From contig OX597824.1 of NCBI GenBank assembly GCA_951406725.2, forward strand, positions 60,264,001 to 60,328,000: a DNA stretch of 64,000 nt. Reading direction: 5' to 3'. The notes below the pieces were generated by a model. That model was not told where the DNA came from. It saw nothing but the letters and a program-made list of their open reading frames with translations, and ran no database searches. Positions 55,614 to 64,000 of the stretch are shown in pieces (the stretch's first letter is position 1; every line of letters starts with the position of its first letter). Position numbers and translations under genes: made by a program. Origin of the DNA: Octopus vulgaris (taxonomy: Eukaryota).

Positions 55614-55663
55614 TATGTATGTATATATATATGTATGTATATATATATATGTGCATGTATATA

Positions 55664-55712
<49 letters not shown>

Positions 55713-55989
55713 ATGTATATGTATGTATATGTATGTATATGTATATATATATATATATATATGTATGTATATGTATGTATATGTATATATATATATGTAT
55801 GTATATGTATATATATATATGTATGTATATATGTATGTATGTATATGTATATATATATATGTATGTATATATGTATGTATATATATGTATATATAGATAT
55901 TTATATATGTGTGTATATATATATATATATATTTATGTTATATTTGTGTATATATATATGTGTATATATATATGTATATATATACATAT

Positions 55990-56171
55990 GTAGTCACTAC
56001 ACATTCTTTATTTTCTCTCCTTGTTTCTTTCTGTGTTCCTTTCTGTAGAAGAGCGTAGGCTCAAAACGTTAAAGACTTCTTCACGTTCAGAGCGTTATAC
56101 TAATACATCTGTTTGTTGTCTACACGACCTGTCTTCGTCTTTTGTTTATTTGTGAATTTTCCCCATTTTTT

Positions 56172-56172
<1 letters not shown>
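55990..56172 (+). mobile_element. (TA)n-embedded cassette with degenerate minimal hammerhead (56039-56074)
   Basis: CUUU-CUGUAGA-AGAGC guag GCUC-AAAAC-GUU-AAAG; same layout as 30380 and 30980. Confidence 0.45.
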
Positions 56173-62781
<6,609 letters not shown>

Positions 62782-63288
62782 CTCTTATTATAAAAGGCAG
62801 ATTTTATCTGCCTCCCTTTGGGAGTTATAGAAATCTACAATATAGGATTTCTTCAATTACAATTTACCTTGCATTTTTTAGAGTACAATGCATCGCGTCA
62901 TGCCAGGTCCAGTTTTTAAAATTTAAACTCCAATTAAGCAAAATTTACAGAAAACTCACATTCTGGTGTGTGTGTCAAATGCTTTTCTTAGTCTGGTTTA
63001 CACCACACGCAAACGCACACACACAGTGGGCAACGAATAAAATGAAAGTAATTGACTTACTGTAGTGAGTGATTCTTTCACTCTGCCTCCCACTTCCTCT
63101 TTCCACACATAGACACGCAAATATATAAATAAAATTGTAAGCTAACGTGCGTGTGTGTGAGTGGGTGTGTGTGGGTGTGCGTGTGTGTGTGTGTGTAAGG
63201 GTGCGTGTGTGTGTGTGTGCGTGTGCGTGAGTGTTTGACAGGAAAGTTTTTTACCACGAATATAACACCTATATCCAAGTAGCAGAAA

Positions 63289-63767
63289 GATAAGACAGTA
63301 AGGTGTGATTTGAGGGAGATTTGGCTGCTATTTCTACCATGTCTAGCTGCCATGTAGGGGTCTCCCTCATAGGCTCATACATACATATATACATAGATAA
63401 GACAGTAAGGTGTGATTTGGGGGAAATTTGGCTGCTATTTCTACCAGGTCTAGCTGCCATGTAGGGGTCTCCCTCATAGGCTCATACATACATATATACA
63501 TAGATAAGACAGTAAGGTGTGATTTGGGGGAATTTGGCTGCTATTTCTACCAGGTCTAGCTGCCATGTAGGGGTCTCCCTCATAGGCTCATACATACATA
63601 TATACATAGATAAGACAGTAAGGTGTGATTTGGGGGAAATTTGGCTGCTATTTCTACCAGGTCTAGCTACCATGTAGAGGTCCCCCTCATTGGCTCATAT
63701 ATATATACATACATAAGACAGTAAGGTGTGATTTGAGGGAGATTTGGCTGCTGTTTCTACCAGGTCT
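63289..63767. repeat. Tandem array of a ~107-bp unit, ~4.5 copies
   Basis: Units start at 63289, 63396, 63503, 63609 and about 63712. Confidence 0.95.
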
Positions 63768-64000
63768 GTTAGGCCTTCTCATGTAAACTCAAGCTTTCTC
63801 ATGCCTTGAACATAAGACCAAAGCAGAGAATGTATTCTTTTATTCTTCTGCTTTTTCCAGCCATTGGTCTGTGGCCATGCTGGGGCAATGCCTTGAAGAA
63901 TTGTAGTTTAATGAATCAACTCCACTTTTATTTTTGTAAGCATTGTACTTATTCTATCTGTTTCCTTTGTCAAACCACTAGGTGACAGGGATGTAAACAA

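Noticed and set aside
63289-63767. CRISPR-like array
   Set aside because: Whole units repeat with no unique spacers, no cas genes, eukaryotic context.

Overview
AT-rich eukaryotic DNA made almost entirely of repeats, with no host gene I can support. The tRNA-derived SINEs, (GAT)n-tailed RTE LINEs and very dense (TA)n/(CA)n tracts suggest a coleoid cephalopod such as Octopus (inference). Retroelements: one long and many truncated RTE-clade LINE copies (the long one has a PHD-type finger inside the RT), two decayed REL-endonuclease retrotransposons (R4/Dong-like and HERO-like), a CR1-like fragment and Penelope-like (PLE) remnants. DNA elements: a full-length but frameshifted Tc1/mariner element (DD46D spacing) and piggyBac-, hAT- and mariner-type MITEs. 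There is also a ~6.6 kb (TA)-based satellite. About 8.3 kb is duplicated across a 100-N gap and is most likely two uncollapsed haplotypes. The most interesting signals are (1) a perfect palindrome with 127-bp arms carrying a type I hammerhead ribozyme motif on each strand, (2) several further minimal hammerhead cassettes and fold-back hairpins, mostly embedded in (TA)n, and (3) a 46-bp insert in a (TA)n tract present in only one of the two duplicated copies. All calls come from reading and hand-translating the sequence; no searches were run and edges of decayed repeats are approximate.
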